Shown here: one piece after another, positions 39,702-52,278 of the stretch
Numbering within the stretch: position 1 is the first letter of the stretch
How the letters are laid out: every line of letters starts with the position of its first letter
NCBI GenBank assembly: GCA_012295275.1
Contig: CM022671.1
Location: forward strand, 27,528,001-27,592,000
Direction of reading: 5' to 3'
DNA: 64,000 bases
Source: Chrysomallon squamiferum
Taxonomy: Eukaryota > Animalia > Mollusca
Notes under the pieces: model-generated
Told to the model about the DNA's origin: nothing
The model's database searches: none
Seen by the model: only the letters and a program-made list of their open reading frames with translations
Made by a program: the position numbers and the translations under genes

Positions 39702-41841
39702 TTTATTATTTATCATTTATTATTTATTTTTTATTTTATTTTTTATTTTTTTGGTTATCAATACATAATTCAACAGTAAATTATGTATATATAAAAATTT
39801 TCATTATTTCAAGCATCGACTTTTTAACATTTTAAGAATATAATTTTCTGGATTTATCGAGGCCGTTGACATGTTTTTATTAAAATTGCCTCATTATAAA
39901 CAACAACATTTTGGTTCTCTGTTTCTTACTGTAATGTGTGTTAAGATGAGATGTTTTGTGTCTGTGACAGAGTCAGAAGTCAGTGCCTGTATCACAGATC
40001 TGTGCAGTGGAAAAGGTAGACTACAGCGCCTTCAACAAGTTAAACATGGGTCAGATCCTCATTCGAAACCCCGATGATGGAATTGACGTCTTGTACTTTC
40101 AAGCAAAGGTATAATGTCAGTTACATCTCAGTGAAAAGTTAATTTATCATCTAGTATAGAAATTTAGATACAGTTAATATAGAAATTAGTTTTGTGTTAC
40201 TGCTGCTGTTGTTAGAAATAATGTGATTATTATATTTTTATGTTTCCTTATATGTAAATTGAAATTAAATCATGAATTTAATGTGTTTATGTATATATGG
40301 GTGTGTGGTGAATGTACATGTATCTATACATATGTATGTATGTGTGTATGTATGTGTCCATGTCTGTATATTTATGACTTAAGTTTGTTAATAAATTATG
40401 CTATCCAAAAATAAAACATATTAGTTGTTTGCATGTGTGTATGTGTTTCTGTTTTTACGTGCAGTGTATTCAGTAACTAACATGTTGCATTGCTAGTGTG
40501 TTGTTTTGTTTCAGGATGTCAATGAGCTGACATTCTGGATGTCTGCTATCAGAAAGACGTGTCAGTACAATCCCTGCAGAGTGGACACATATCACCCAGG
40601 AGTCTACAAAGGAGACAAGTGGACCTGCTGTCAGAAACCTCCAGCAACAAGTACAATTTGTTGTTTTTTTCACTCAAGTTTTATTTTGTCACATTCTAAT
40701 ATCTACATTAAAATAAATTTCATTGTCATACTTGTAATTTAGATGACAGGAAACAATAATATAACGTGCTGGTATTTTTTTAAACAAATATCCAATCAGG
40801 TTTTTTTTTGGTTTTTTTTATAAATTTATTTCAGCACCTGGCTGCAGTCAGACATTTCATGGCGTCATGCTTGGTGACTGGCAGGATCCTCTCGACCCAC
40901 AAGTTGAAACTCAGATTATTTACTCTCAGCTGCTGCATGGAAAACACAGCCTCAAGTGAGTCCAGTTTCAGAGTCATGTTGTTTAACACAGAGCAAGAAA
41001 TACCCCGTTTTGATAAAAACTTTGAAAACAAAATATAAGTCATTAAATAATAATTCTTGTACATTATCAGAAAATTCTATGTGGGTGATCAAAATATCTT
41101 CATAATCAATATATATATATAGAATTTTATATTTTATATATATATATATATATAGAATTTTTTTATTATTAGAGAGTTTTATGTGAGTGATGAAAATTTC
41201 TTTACAAACAAACATACACATGCACATACAGACATGCACTCACACACTCACACACACAGAAACATAAACATACACACACCCCATTATTTAAATTGTAGCA
41301 AAAACTTTGGCAACTTATATTTATTTACTGTTTTATTGATCTGGTTAGTATTAAGATTGTTGTTATGGATTTCAAACAGTATTTGAAGCTGATGCACAGT
41401 AGCCATCTATACCTAGTTTACATGACTGTAGAGTCAGTCTATATTTATTTATTTATTCTGATTAACTATCAGCCTTAAATGAAAATTTATATTATGAAAT
41501 TAGCCTGGAGAGGGATTCATTTTTATTTTATTTTATTTTATTGTTTATATATATATATATATATTAGTGTTTTTTGGTTTCTATTTTTCATTGTATATTT
41601 TTTCACTTTCTTTCTGTCCCTTTATTTAAAAATTGTTTAATGTGAATCTGTAATAATAATAAATAAATGAAATGACAAACTATTTTATCAATGTTACAGA
41701 AAACAGCAGATGGATTTAGAACTGCAGCTCAGTGAACATGGCTCTGATGATTTCAAAAATAAGAAGTTAGCCGATGTCTCTAAAATTCTGGATGTCATTG
41801 AACAGCTAGAAATGTCCCATGAATCCTACAAGGAAGCCTGA
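29686..41841 (+). CDS. RASAL1: GAP1-family Ras GTPase-activating protein, RASAL1/RASA4(CAPRI)-like (C2A-C2B-RasGAP-PH-BTK); 20 coding exons, 793 aa
   Basis: Exons: 29686-29753, 30095-30151, 31392-31505, 31625-31686, 32176-32308, 32625-32706, 33039-33173, 33475-33575, 33950-34064, 34547-34700, 35278-35342, 36287-36396, 37084-37273, 37628-37765, 38442-38580, 39007-39188, 39971-40108, 40515-40650, 40835-40955, 41700-41841. All introns are GT-AG, phases are consistent, total 2382 nt. Motifs: SDPYC, DEDKVSGDDVIG, TLFRGNS (arginine finger), FLRFFAPAILAP, YHPG..WTCC..PGC (BTK). RASAL1 versus RASA4 cannot be resolved; it is probably a co-ortholog of both. Confidence 0.95.
30095..30151 (+). CDS. RASAL1: RasGAP exon 2 (NGKSDPYCVIKVDNEVIA)
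   Basis: ccag| ... |gtaat; C2A SDPY motif. Confidence 0.95.
31392..31505 (+). CDS. RASAL1: RasGAP exon 3 (TVTVYKSLQPLWAEEF...VYDEDKV)
   Basis: tcag| ... |gtttg; C2A core. Confidence 0.95.
31625..31686 (+). CDS. RASAL1: RasGAP exon 4 (GDDVIGTVSISRSLLQQNSS)
   Basis: tcag| ... |gtaaag; C2A DDVIG. Confidence 0.93.
32176..32308 (+). CDS. RASAL1: RasGAP exon 5 (VEDWFPLWKVDKDFEIQGEILL...VIEG)
   Basis: aaag| ... |gtgtg; C2A end and C2B start. Confidence 0.93.
32625..32706 (+). CDS. RASAL1: RasGAP exon 6 (DLAPKDKTGYSDPY...RTTS)
   Basis: acag| ... |gtataa; C2B SDPY. Confidence 0.93.
33039..33173 (+). CDS. RASAL1: RasGAP exon 7 (SQKKTRFPEWHETF...MDKDRIRSDDFMGR)
   Basis: tcag| ... |gtagg; C2B core. 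Confidence 0.93.
33475..33575 (+). CDS. RASAL1: RasGAP exon 8 (IYLTSADIPCGSLVKNWHPV...)
   Basis: ctag| ... |gttta; in phase with both neighbours. Confidence 0.88.
33612..33720. repeat. Hexamer microsatellite (GAGAAT)n/(GATAGT)n, intronic
   Basis: Direct reading. Confidence 0.92.
33950..34064 (+). CDS. RASAL1: RasGAP exon 9 (KIERGKIRIKF...VLPASCYQPLTHLL)
   Basis: gcag| ... |gtatc; VLP..YQPL motif typical of the GAP1 family. Confidence 0.92.
34547..34700 (+). CDS. RASAL1: RasGAP exon 10 (...EVAASLIRFFLGH...)
   Basis: acag| ... |gtaac. Confidence 0.9.
35278..35342 (+). CDS. RASAL1: RasGAP exon 11, arginine finger (DPNTLFRGNSLGTKSMDQFMK)
   Basis: tcag| ... |gtagg; canonical FRGNS. Confidence 0.96.
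35566..35712. repeat. (ATT)n/(ATTTTT)n microsatellite, intronic
   Basis: Direct reading. Confidence 0.92.
35958..36032. repeat. (TC)n-(TA)n microsatellite, intronic
   Basis: Direct reading. Confidence 0.95.
36287..36396 (+). CDS. RASAL1: RasGAP exon 12 (IVGMPYLHETLTPVIDRIF...ELDP)
   Basis: tcag| ... |gtctc. Confidence 0.94.
37084..37273 (+). CDS. RASAL1: RasGAP exon 13 (...IFSSVTKCPRTMRIVFRNL...)
   Basis: acag| ... |gtatt. Confidence 0.94.
37628..37765 (+). CDS. RASAL1: RasGAP exon 14 (AVSGFLFLRFFAPAILAPKL...RTLTLLAK)
   Basis: RasGAP FLR signature; acag| ... |gtata. Confidence 0.96.
38442..38580 (+). CDS. RASAL1: RasGAP exon 15 (VTQSVGNL...GKESWLHPL...)
   Basis: tcag| ... |gttag. Confidence 0.94.
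39007..39188 (+). CDS. RASAL1: RasGAP exon 16, PH domain start (VILKQGVLQK...LKKCNFWLTYDNLSYAK)
   Basis: tcag| ... |gtatc. Confidence 0.92.
39543..39612. repeat. (AT)n-(GT)n microsatellite, intronic
   Basis: Direct reading. Confidence 0.95.
39971..40108 (+). CDS. RASAL1: RasGAP exon 17, PH domain (ICAVEKVDYSAF...LYFQAK)
   Basis: acag| ... |gtata. Confidence 0.93.
40515..40650 (+). CDS. RASAL1: RasGAP exon 18, PH end and BTK motif (DVNELTFWMSAIRK...YHPG..WTCC)
   Basis: tcag| ... |gtacaa (weak donor, but the phase fits). Confidence 0.92.
40835..40955 (+). CDS. RASAL1: RasGAP exon 19 (PGCSQT...LGDWQDPLDPQVETQIIYSQL)
   Basis: tcag| ... |gtgagt; the DW.DPLD motif resembles RASAL1/RASA4. Confidence 0.93.
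41700..41841 (+). CDS. RASAL1: RasGAP terminal exon 20 (...ILDVIEQLEMSHESYKEA*)
   Basis: acag|; TGA at 41839-41841. Confidence 0.88.
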
Positions 41842-42099
41842 AAGGATTAAAAGACTCACAGGATGAGAATAATCCTGTGAGCACAAACTGGAGTAAATCT
41901 TTTTAGAACAGTGTGTATAAACAGTGTATATCATTTTTATAGTTCTTGTGGTGGTATTTTTAAAAATATATATTATTGTTAATGTTCTTATTATTCTAAT
42001 TATTTGTATTATTAATTTTATCATCATCGCCATTATTTTTCTTCATCATCATTATCTTTGTTATTATTGTGTTATTTTTATTATTGTTTATTGTTGTTG

Positions 42100-42157
<58 letters not shown>

Positions 42158-45100
42158 AATAGACCATAAACTCATCAAAAAGGAAGAAAAAAATGGAAGT
42201 CACAACAAACAGCCTGACTATGCAACATTTTTACATTTACTACTTTGTTAAGACTTTTGGAGTGCCATAACTTTTTTTAACTTTTTTTTATGTACGTTGT
42301 TTTATATTTAATTTTGCTTAAGTTTTAAAAACATTGCTGATTTGCCTGTTGTTTTGTTACTAACAATTACTTGTATCATGTTTAACAATTACTTTGTGTA
42401 TTTTTGATGATATTATTTGTTACTTTTGTTGATTATTACAGTTATTTAGTATAATTTTTTTTATATATAAAGGTTTTTTGTTACTGTTTATTTCATTTTT
42501 ATGGAATTTTGTTTGGGCGCTTCCAAAATTATGCCACAGTTTCATTGGCAGAATGATTCATTTGCATTACCTCAGAAACTATAGCAAATAAAAATCCGGG
42601 GAATGTGTTCTTAATTCTTGCATATGTCGAATTTTGTTAAATGTATGCATTTGATTATCCAATTTAAAACTACTTTAATTGTGTTCATGTTTTCTGTTTA
42701 TAGAATCATGTGTTCTGATTTCATAAATTACATTAATATAAATAAAATATTTATTTTGTTGAGTAAAAGATCTTTTGAAAGAAAGAAAGAGAAAAAGAAA
42801 AAGCTATTTTGTTAACATTTGTTTTTAATAATTTTAGCTTAAAGGTAAATATTTAATTTAATTCTTAAAAAGAAGGTATCCATTTCGATTAAAATGTAAA
42901 TAATTTGTTTTTTATCTTATTTACAAGTTTTTGATAATAAGTTAATGTCAAATGTTTAATTATTAAAAATCAAAAAAACTAAATTACCAAAGTAAATTTT
43001 TCCTGTTGCTGTTGTAGTTCCTTTTTCTCTTCTTCGTTGTCTTCTTTTTTCTTCCTTTTCTTCCTTTTCAGCTTCACCCTCCTTTTCAGTTTTATTCTAT
43101 TCCTTTTCCACATTATTTTTTAAATTTATTAATATTTTTAGTTTTACCTTCATCATCTTTAATTTGAAAGATATTGTACTATTTTTAAAAATTAATTTAC
43201 TTCGACTTTGTTGTTCCTACTGAAAAAAGTTCACTTTCAGATTGTTTAATGATAATACTTTTAATACAATGTTGTTGTTGTTGTTGTTGTTGTTGTAGAT
43301 GTGTATTCTTTTTATGAACACAAAACTCTTTGTGCCATATGCTTGTCATTTGATTCAAATGGTGTGAATTTTTATTTAGATTGTTGGTTATGTTTTCAGT
43401 TTTACCTTTGTTAACGTTTCAAAATGTCTCAATATTTAAAAAAAGAAAAATGATTAAACTTTATAGTTTAATTATCTGATTTCTGATTGATGTGTTTATA
43501 AAGCTTTTTATTTTATTTTTATTTTTTATTTTTCTTCACAACTAAATTTATAATGAATTAAGTTATTTATTTATTTCTTCTTCAGTTATGTATGTATGTA
43601 TGTATGTATGTATGTATGTACACACACACAATTATGAGATTATAAATATAAAATGTGTTTATATTTCAAAACTAATTTCATTATTGTATTTACAGTATTT
43701 TGTAATTAGAGTTTCTAATTACTATAGATCTGAAACAAAACATTTTTATTTCCAAATACAATTATTTATTTTCACTGATATCACCAGTTTATATAAATTA
43801 TTCCAGTATGTAGCACATTGTGGCCATTTTACTTCTCTACCTGATAAATGACACAGGTGTATATTCTAAGACATAAAATTCTTTCTCTCATATATATATA
43901 TTAATACTTAAGTAGTTAATAAAAGTATGTGAATATAACGAAGTTAATTGTCTCAGTGACGAATGTAAATTGTATCAGTGTTTTGTGTATGCATGACAGG
44001 GGTTTCTCTAAGGAAGCAAAATGGCTGATTGTTCATTTTCTTTCTTGGAAAAACAAACAATTGGCTACATCTTGAATGTTTTATCCTTTTTCTTTAACAA
44101 AATTTCAATCTTTTATTGCATTATTTCAGTGCATATTTTGATATAGAATGTACCTAATAGTTATATTTAGGAATGCAATATTATATCTGTTCACTTTAAC
44201 AAGAACTTTTCATAATTTGATATAAATTATAATATATAATTTGATACAAATATAATTTGTCTGATAATTTAATGTGTTATTCGTCATATGTTTTTATTTC
44301 AAATTTTTATATTCCTGTCTTGAAATCAGTGGAAAAGTACCAAAATGTTAAATTTTAAACATTTTAGTTAATAATAGTTTCTTAATAATTATAACAATAA
44401 TAATAATAATACTCCATATTAATAGTTATTTTCATTATTTTTTTCATAGTAAAAGCTACACCAGTTGTCCTTAATGCATGACAAAACTTTTCATTGTTTT
44501 ATAAAAAAATTATTGAATGTGTATAAATTAAATTCACAATTTAGCCAACTTTATTTTTTTTAGGCTATTACATATCTTTTCATTGAATATTAATTTTACC
44601 TGGATATATGCTTCTATATTAGTGAAAAATAATTATGACAAAGAAATATTTTTCTTGTGTTCAATTCACATTTTTATTAAGCAATAAAACAAAGATTTAC
44701 TGGAAACAATTACTCATTAAGAGTAACAGTTTAAAATCTTCAGGGTAATCTTTTGTTAATTAATGCTTTATTTAATCTGTATTTGTAATGTAGATCTACT
44801 TTAGTTTGGTTTTATTATTTTGCTTAAGAGATGGGTTAAAATGTAATAACCTTAATAAGAAACATGGTCTCTCTCTCTATGTATTCATTATTTGAAGTGT
44901 TACAGGTATTTTTAATTCTGTTTTTTATTTTATTTTGATTTAATTAATTAATTTTATTTTATTTTTTTGATATTATTATTTTTGTTTCTATTTATTTTAT
45001 ATATTTTTTTTACAGTCTGTTGTGTATAAATTCGACTTATTAAATGTAACAAAGCAATATATTATCCATTAAGTAATTAATATTAATCAGTGGCTAATAC

Positions 45101-45469
45101 TTTAAGCCAGGGTTAATCAGTTTTAATTTCACTTGACAATGTTTTGGCAGCTATTTCAACATTCTGGTGTGTTTCTTTTCTTGGAGCACATTTTCTCAAT
45201 TTATATTTTATTATTTCATTCAGTATTGTGATAGAAAATTTTAAGCATATATCACATTCATACAATAAGAAATATCTGATTTAGTGGTTAGATTTCCCTG
45301 CTGATTCTGTTATAATTTGCTGGTTACCACTGCTTTGTGCAATATATTGTTGTGAAGGTTGTTCTGTTTCTGTGTGTAATATTCTTTGTCATCCCATTTC
45401 TTGTAATGACATGTTGCCATATATTTTTAATTTCTTCTTCTTCTTTTTTATACCCATCATCTTTTATCA

Positions 45470-46000
45470 ACATGTCCCCATTCCTCTTTTAACCAGTGTC
45501 AGCTTGTCTCCCTTTTATCACCTCTTTACCTAGTGTGTTTTACCAGCATGTCACTCTATTTCTCTTTTACAACCATATTTCTTTGTCTGTTTTACCAGTA
45601 TGACACTGTATTTCTCTTTTACCAGCATATCTTTTTGTCTGTTTTACCAATATGTTGCAATATTTCTCTTTTACCAGCATATCTCTTTGTCTATTTTACC
45701 AAATTGCACTATTTCTGTTTTACCAGTATATCTCCTTGTCTGTTTTACCAACATGTCATCATATCTCTCTTTTACAGTGTCATTTTGTTTCTATTTTACC
45801 AACATATCACCATGTTTCTCCTTTACCAGTGTGACCTTATCTTTTTACCAACATATCAACTGATTTCTCTTTTACCAACATGTCCCTATATCTCTTTTTT
45901 CTTTACGAGCTTGACACTATGTTTTTCTTTTACCATCATCAGTTTTGGGCTCAGTTTTAGCAACATTTTATCATGTCTCTTTTTTACCATTGTCACCTTG
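45470..46000. repeat. Degenerate ~22-bp pyrimidine-rich minisatellite (TTTTACCA(G/A)CAT)
   Basis: About 20 TTTACCA cores at roughly 22-bp spacing; explains ORFs 45533, 45600 and 45652. Confidence 0.8.
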
Positions 46001-49000
46001 TCTTTCTTCTACTACCTTGATCTCTTGACTTTTCTTTCCTTTTGGATCTCATGATTATTCCTTATTGTTTTATTTTCTATTTTTAATCTTGCTTTTATTT
46101 GGTGGATGTACCTTTTTGCAGCTTTAGATTATATTATAGTAAACAACTTTTATCTTTTCTGGTGTTTTTGTGGTTTGCATTTTAACTTTGTGGCTGTTAT
46201 TTTTGTAGAATATTTTCAGTTATTTTTTTAAACTGCTTTTGATTACCTGACAAGATTATTTTGTACAATATTTTGTATACCATTATAAATAATTCTGTAT
46301 GTTGGTCAGAGTGTCCCTTTTTATTTTCCAGAAATGTTTCTTGATTACTGTTGATATACAACAACGAAAGCTTTAAGTTTTTTGCAAAACAGAATCTTTA
46401 CCCTTGTGAAATTATGTTACATGATGTTGACTATGCATTGATCTGAACTCATATGTAAGAAACATTGTTGAAAATGTACAAGTTAGTTTTAAAATATTTA
46501 TCTGACAACATTTCTATGCATTATATTGATTCAGAACTCATCCTTTTTGTAATTGCTTTTGTATTTAGGAAAAAATGAAAAGAAAGAGATTTTTACCTAC
46601 ACATATATTTTTAAATAATCTTGTACTGAAAAAATTGGGAATGGCAAATGTTTTCTAGTTGAGTTTCCAGCAAGAATTGCAAAAAGCTGTTAAATATTTG
46701 AGTGTTTTGTTATTTAAAGAAACAAAAGATATATATTCTGTATATTTTTTAAAAACTTTTAATTTTTTTGATCATGTAAAAGTGTTTTCAGTTGCCATTT
46801 TAATTTTCTAATTGTTGTATTAGAAATTTTTGTTTTGTAATCTTTTTTTTTGTTTTTTTTTCTTTTAAAATGTTGTAGTAGCTTTATAACTAAATGTTTT
46901 TTGCATTAAAGTGATTATCTTAAAAAACTAAATTTGTTTATCTTTTTTTTCAAATACTCTTTGAGTTTAGAGTTATTATCTAAACAGCAATATGAGTGAG
47001 CTATAGCTCAGTTTAGTTTTCCTACACGTGAGGTGTGTATAAAATATTTTTTATGCCAATTGATAAGAGTAGTGTGTTGCTTTATTTTAATTATTTATTC
47101 ATTTGTTCATTATGAATTAATTTATGTATATTTGAAATAAGTTTTAGGTCATAATGCAATAAGCACCAAATGTTTATGGTTTCAGATCAAAAATCAGTAT
47201 ACAGTATTTACTCTTTATATAATAAGACACTCCACCATAAAAATAAATAAATATATAAATAAAATACATATAATGATATATAAATAAAATTTTAAAAAGG
47301 TATAAACACCAATGCAGGTCTAGGTGATCACCATAAAAAAATTAAAATACTGTGTCAAAATATACATATATCACAGGTGAATACAATATTTAAATACCAA
47401 GTTTCAGTACTGATATTATTTTGATTATTTTTTTTTTTGTACCTTAACTCAATATAAATTGTTGCACTGTGCCTTATTCATGGCTCCAAACACCCTAATT
47501 CTACCAACATTGTAGAGGTTGTAAAAGAAACTACATTACTGCTTATAAGTCAGCTGCACTGTTTTATTTTAGAAATAGAAATAACACATAAATAGGAAGA
47601 TTACACTTTTATCTCATATAAACATTTCTGTAAAAATTAATGTAGATACTTTATTTTTATGTTATCTACTATTATAACCAATTTTTAAAAAAAAAAAATT
47701 TTTAAAGGTACTAAATAATTTTAAAGGTATGAAAGAAGATAGAAAAAATATAACAAAAGAAAAGGTATTATTAGTTTTAATTTTTTATTAACAATACAAA
47801 AATCACACAACAGTATTCCATTTAGAAAAAAGTAAGAAAACTTTTTAAAATTTAATATTAAACATTGTTCGTGTAAGGAACATCTTCATCATGAAATAAC
47901 ACTGTGGCCTGATTTGAAAAACTTTGTAAAGAAAGAATATTACAAAAATAAAAACATTGAAATACTTTAAAATACAACATCTGTCATTTTCAACCCTTTT
48001 TGTTGTAATGGTGAATAAAAATAATCATGTAAAAATGCAGATATATATATCACTTGATCATTTTGACTAAAACAAAACTTTAAAAATATATTAAAAAATA
48101 ACTTTTTGTAATAACAAGAGATACACAACATTAGATAATGCTGTAAGAGTATTTCAGACTTTTATATTCATTGGCCTTGGAATCCTAAATATATTTTTTT
48201 TTAATCCAAAAAAGCCATTTTATATAAAACCATATATATAGATTTTTTTTTAATTATTATTATTAAAAACAAAATAAATAAACATATTTGTTAATTTGGT
48301 TTTTAAAAGCCAGTTCACAGTGATTTGCACACTTTCCTAGAATTAATGAATATCAAATGACAATGTTTTTAAGTTAGTTATTTGTTACATTTAAGCAGAT
48401 GTGAACAAAGGTACCATTTTCTGAAGGTGTAGGGCAATTATCATAGCAAAGTAAATAATAAATAAATTACAAATGAAAAAGAAACAGAAATATAAAATAA
48501 CAAATCTTTACAGAACATTAAAATATACAAGTGGCCAAAATAGATTTTTTGGTATTTATATCCTTTCAAGTTAATATTTTATTTGGACAACCAATGCATC
48601 ATAGAATCATCAGCAACTTCAAAAATATGGACAAAACAGATGAAAATAAAATAAAAAGTATTATATCCATATATATATATTCCCTAAGATTATTTCATGC
48701 TTGTACTTTATTATTAGTAAAGATTCCCCAAAGATAAAATATTTTGAAATATACTAAATGCATTTAGACCATATGCAATACATATAGTATGTGACTGTGT
48801 AAAATGCTGATAAGAAAATTATCATTAAAACATACAGACAACAACTAAATCAGAAATCTGTATTCATCTTTTGTTATATATTACGTCACCTTTTTAATCT
48901 GATTAATTAACACTATCAGGTAACAAAGATTAAATTCTTTAAAGCACTAACACTTAAATGTTTTAATAACATCTAAACAAATGAGTTAACTGACATTGTT

Positions 49001-52000
49001 GTCAAAATCATTATCACTATATATAATTCCTTTTAATTCAATTTGATAGTCTGTTTTTGATACAGATAATAACTTTGTTAAAAAAAATATGAAAACAACA
49101 GAGATAAATAATTTTCTTCATATATATATTTTATAACAGCAATGTTTCAGCAGTGTGCATTATGTATCAAGAATAAACTGAATCTTTTTGAAGACATCAG
49201 TACAATTTTAAACTTGAACAAACCAAAAGAAATAAATTAATAATAATTGAAACAACATTTTGCCATATTTTGTTCACTGGAAGAAATATTATATGTATTT
49301 TAAATTTGTTCCATATTTCTTTGGGTAAAGTTAAAACAAGACATACATTCATGTAAACATGACAATGTATACAAACTGCCTAACACCTCTTATATACTGC
49401 CATCAATTTTGTAAGTTGTAGCTGACCAACTTTTTCTAACAGTTAAGTATGGCAAACTGAGTAAATCAATGTGATACCAATTAAAACTTTTGTTTACAAT
49501 AAGATGGAAAATATCATCTTCACATCCTCATGAATCTAATATTTTATTATTTTATTTAATAAAGAGAGTTTTGCTAAACAAACAAAATATTCTACTGGAA
49601 ATACGTAATAGTTAGACCATTTGTTCATGCCATAAAAGGTATGCTTTAACAAAACAAATCAAGAAACTGTTGAACAGTTAAATTTTAACAAACTGATTAA
49701 CAAACAAAATATATCTAATTCAGAAGTAAATAAGGTTTTTATTATACCACCAATATATATATATATATATATTTATATGCACATATTTTCAATAAGTGCA
49801 CATTTAATGCTAACTTTCCATTACACATCAAAATAAAACTGTAACATCAGTTGATTATAAAATAAGAATAATTCTAAAATGTTTGTAAAGTCAATTAATT
49901 TGGTGGAATGCAGAGAGTTTAAATATTTATTAATATTTAGTAACTATTTTTAGATTACTTCGATTTCATAATTGCTTTTATGGATTAGTAAAGCTTGACA
50001 ATTACTATCATAAGCCGGTTTAGTACCAAAGCTGAAATTACTGTAACAAATCAGTTTGGTAAAACCTTTCTAACAGATAAATTTTGTAATGTTACTGTCA
50101 ATACATTTAAACAAAATTTAAATGCTAAAGAAAAAAAAGTGACACAGACAGGAAAAATGATAAAAATGGGAAAACACATCTCAGCATAATAAAACAAAAA
50201 TCAACATATTTTTGACAAATTGTTTTGATAAATTTAAAAAAAGAAAAGAAAGAAAAGCCTGAAATCTATCTGAACTTGTACAATATTAATTAGGGAGAAA
50301 TATTATACTTTTCTTATTTCAAGTGAGTGTGGGAAAAAATCAAATTAAAAAATATTTAAAAATAGAGTATTAAAAATATCATCCTTGTAAATTATACAAG
50401 AGTTGTGAGATTTTTTGGTGGTTTTTTTTTTTTTTTAAATTGTATTACTTTTTTGTATGTAAAAAAATACTTTAAAATGTTTAGTATCAATGATGATAAA
50501 ATATACAAATGAAAAATATGTCAGGTAATCCAAGAGAAAGGTCAACAATAAAAATACTGTTGTAATACTTAAATGTAACAAAACAAACTCAATTTACTGG
50601 GTTGGAACAAAAGCTCACAGTGTTCTTAATGAAGTTCAAAAACAAATATTTAGATATTTGTACATGGATTTATTCAATCACATGATGCCATTATGTTCAA
50701 TTTTCAGTATATACATATAATTCAGTTACAAGTGAAAAGAAATCATATTCTCAATACCATCTGTTGAAAAATGCTACCAACTTTTCTTCCAATCCAGTAA
50801 ATTGTTAAAGCCCTAAATTCTAGTTTATTTTGTTCTTTCGTCTTAGAAAATAAATTTAAGAAAACACTACTAACATGTGTACAGACATTAGCTTTCTGAA
50901 TGTGCCTACTCATGAAGAAAACATACACTATCAAGATTTTATCCAGTTCATTGATTATAAAACCTTCACAATTAAATAACATTATTATATCTTCATAACA
51001 GGTGTACCTCCATCAACAAGTACACACATATTAATCAAGAAGACAAACACAAATGCCTCTCCACAATAGGTACTTAATTTATACAGAGATCATTCTAAAA
51101 TGCTTAAAAACGAACAACTACAATTAAGAACTGTAAAATAAACTATTAATAAATGATTAATGTTGAAAAATAAATAAAAACTCTGCTGAACACTTAAAAA
51201 TAGTCCTGTCATGTGAGATGTCTGACTGGCATACCTGTATCATTAGTTACCAGTAACTACTCCATGTACAATGATAAATACAATTAATTAAAAAGTGTAC
51301 TCACCTTAATGACACATGAACTAATAAATATACATGAAATGAAAATGAATAATTAGCACTAAACAGAAAATGTACATCTAAGTTATTGTCTTAAAAACTA
51401 TCTTTAGTAATTTTAACATCAGTTTCTACATGTTTTTTTTTTTTTTTTTTTTTTTTTAAACAGATTAATTGTTTTTAAACTGTTAGTTAGGAGTTCAATA
51501 AAATTATATAAAAACCTAGTTCCAAGTCAACATCATTTTCATCATTTCAATAAATTGTTCAATACCAAATGTGAAATGATCTGGATGCACCCAACATACT
51601 GACAAATTAAATTTAATGACACCATGCATGAAAAATGTCATGAACTCTGTGTTAAAATAACTTCATCCGACAATGACTTGGATTATTAGTTGCCACTTGA
51701 GGATGCACCATTAACTGGAAACAAAATGGTTCCTTCAAAGGCGTTTACAGTTTTTCACCAAAAACTGACTGTAGAGAATATATTGTATTAAAAGATAGGA
51801 ATTTGTTAATTTCATAAATAAATATTTATTTCTAAAACTGAAAGATAACTTAAATAAATGCAATACCTACAGACACAAATGAAAAACAGTGCTGATGTGC
51901 CAATGAATTCGATGTCTGGATTTCAAACTATAAATTGATGATTATTAATTTTATCTAAAGAGGAAATGCTGCAGGAAAATCATTCAGTCTGAAAACAAAT

Positions 52001-52152
52001 AACACTCCAAGGTACACATCAGTGTAGATCTGATTTTGGTAAACGTCCATGTCATTTCACATCAACCGTCACATTAAGCAGGTTTCACACAAATTCTGAA
52101 CACTAGCAATGTGCGTGAAATAATGTCAGAATGCTGCGAGAACAAAACAGTT

Positions 52153-52278
52153 TCAGGTTGTATCAATTCGTATCATTCTCAGTTTGAAGTTATCAGCAAG
52201 GACACAGGCTGCTTCGTTGGATCCTCCACAGTATTTGGAAGAAGAGAAAACTGTAAGTAACTTGCCTTCCTGCTGAAG
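52153..52278 (-). CDS. Phosphatase terminal exon ([27 protein letters not shown]...IDTT*)
   Basis: AG acceptor at 52280-52279; TGA at 52155-52153. Confidence 0.93.
   Translation of the reverse strand, partial: LQQEGKLLTVFSSSKYCGGSNEAACVLADNFKLRMIRIDTT

Noticed and set aside
45533-46054. 173-aa hydrophobic ORF
   Set aside because: Product of the TTTTACCA minisatellite; starts at GTG and shows no protein-like motif.
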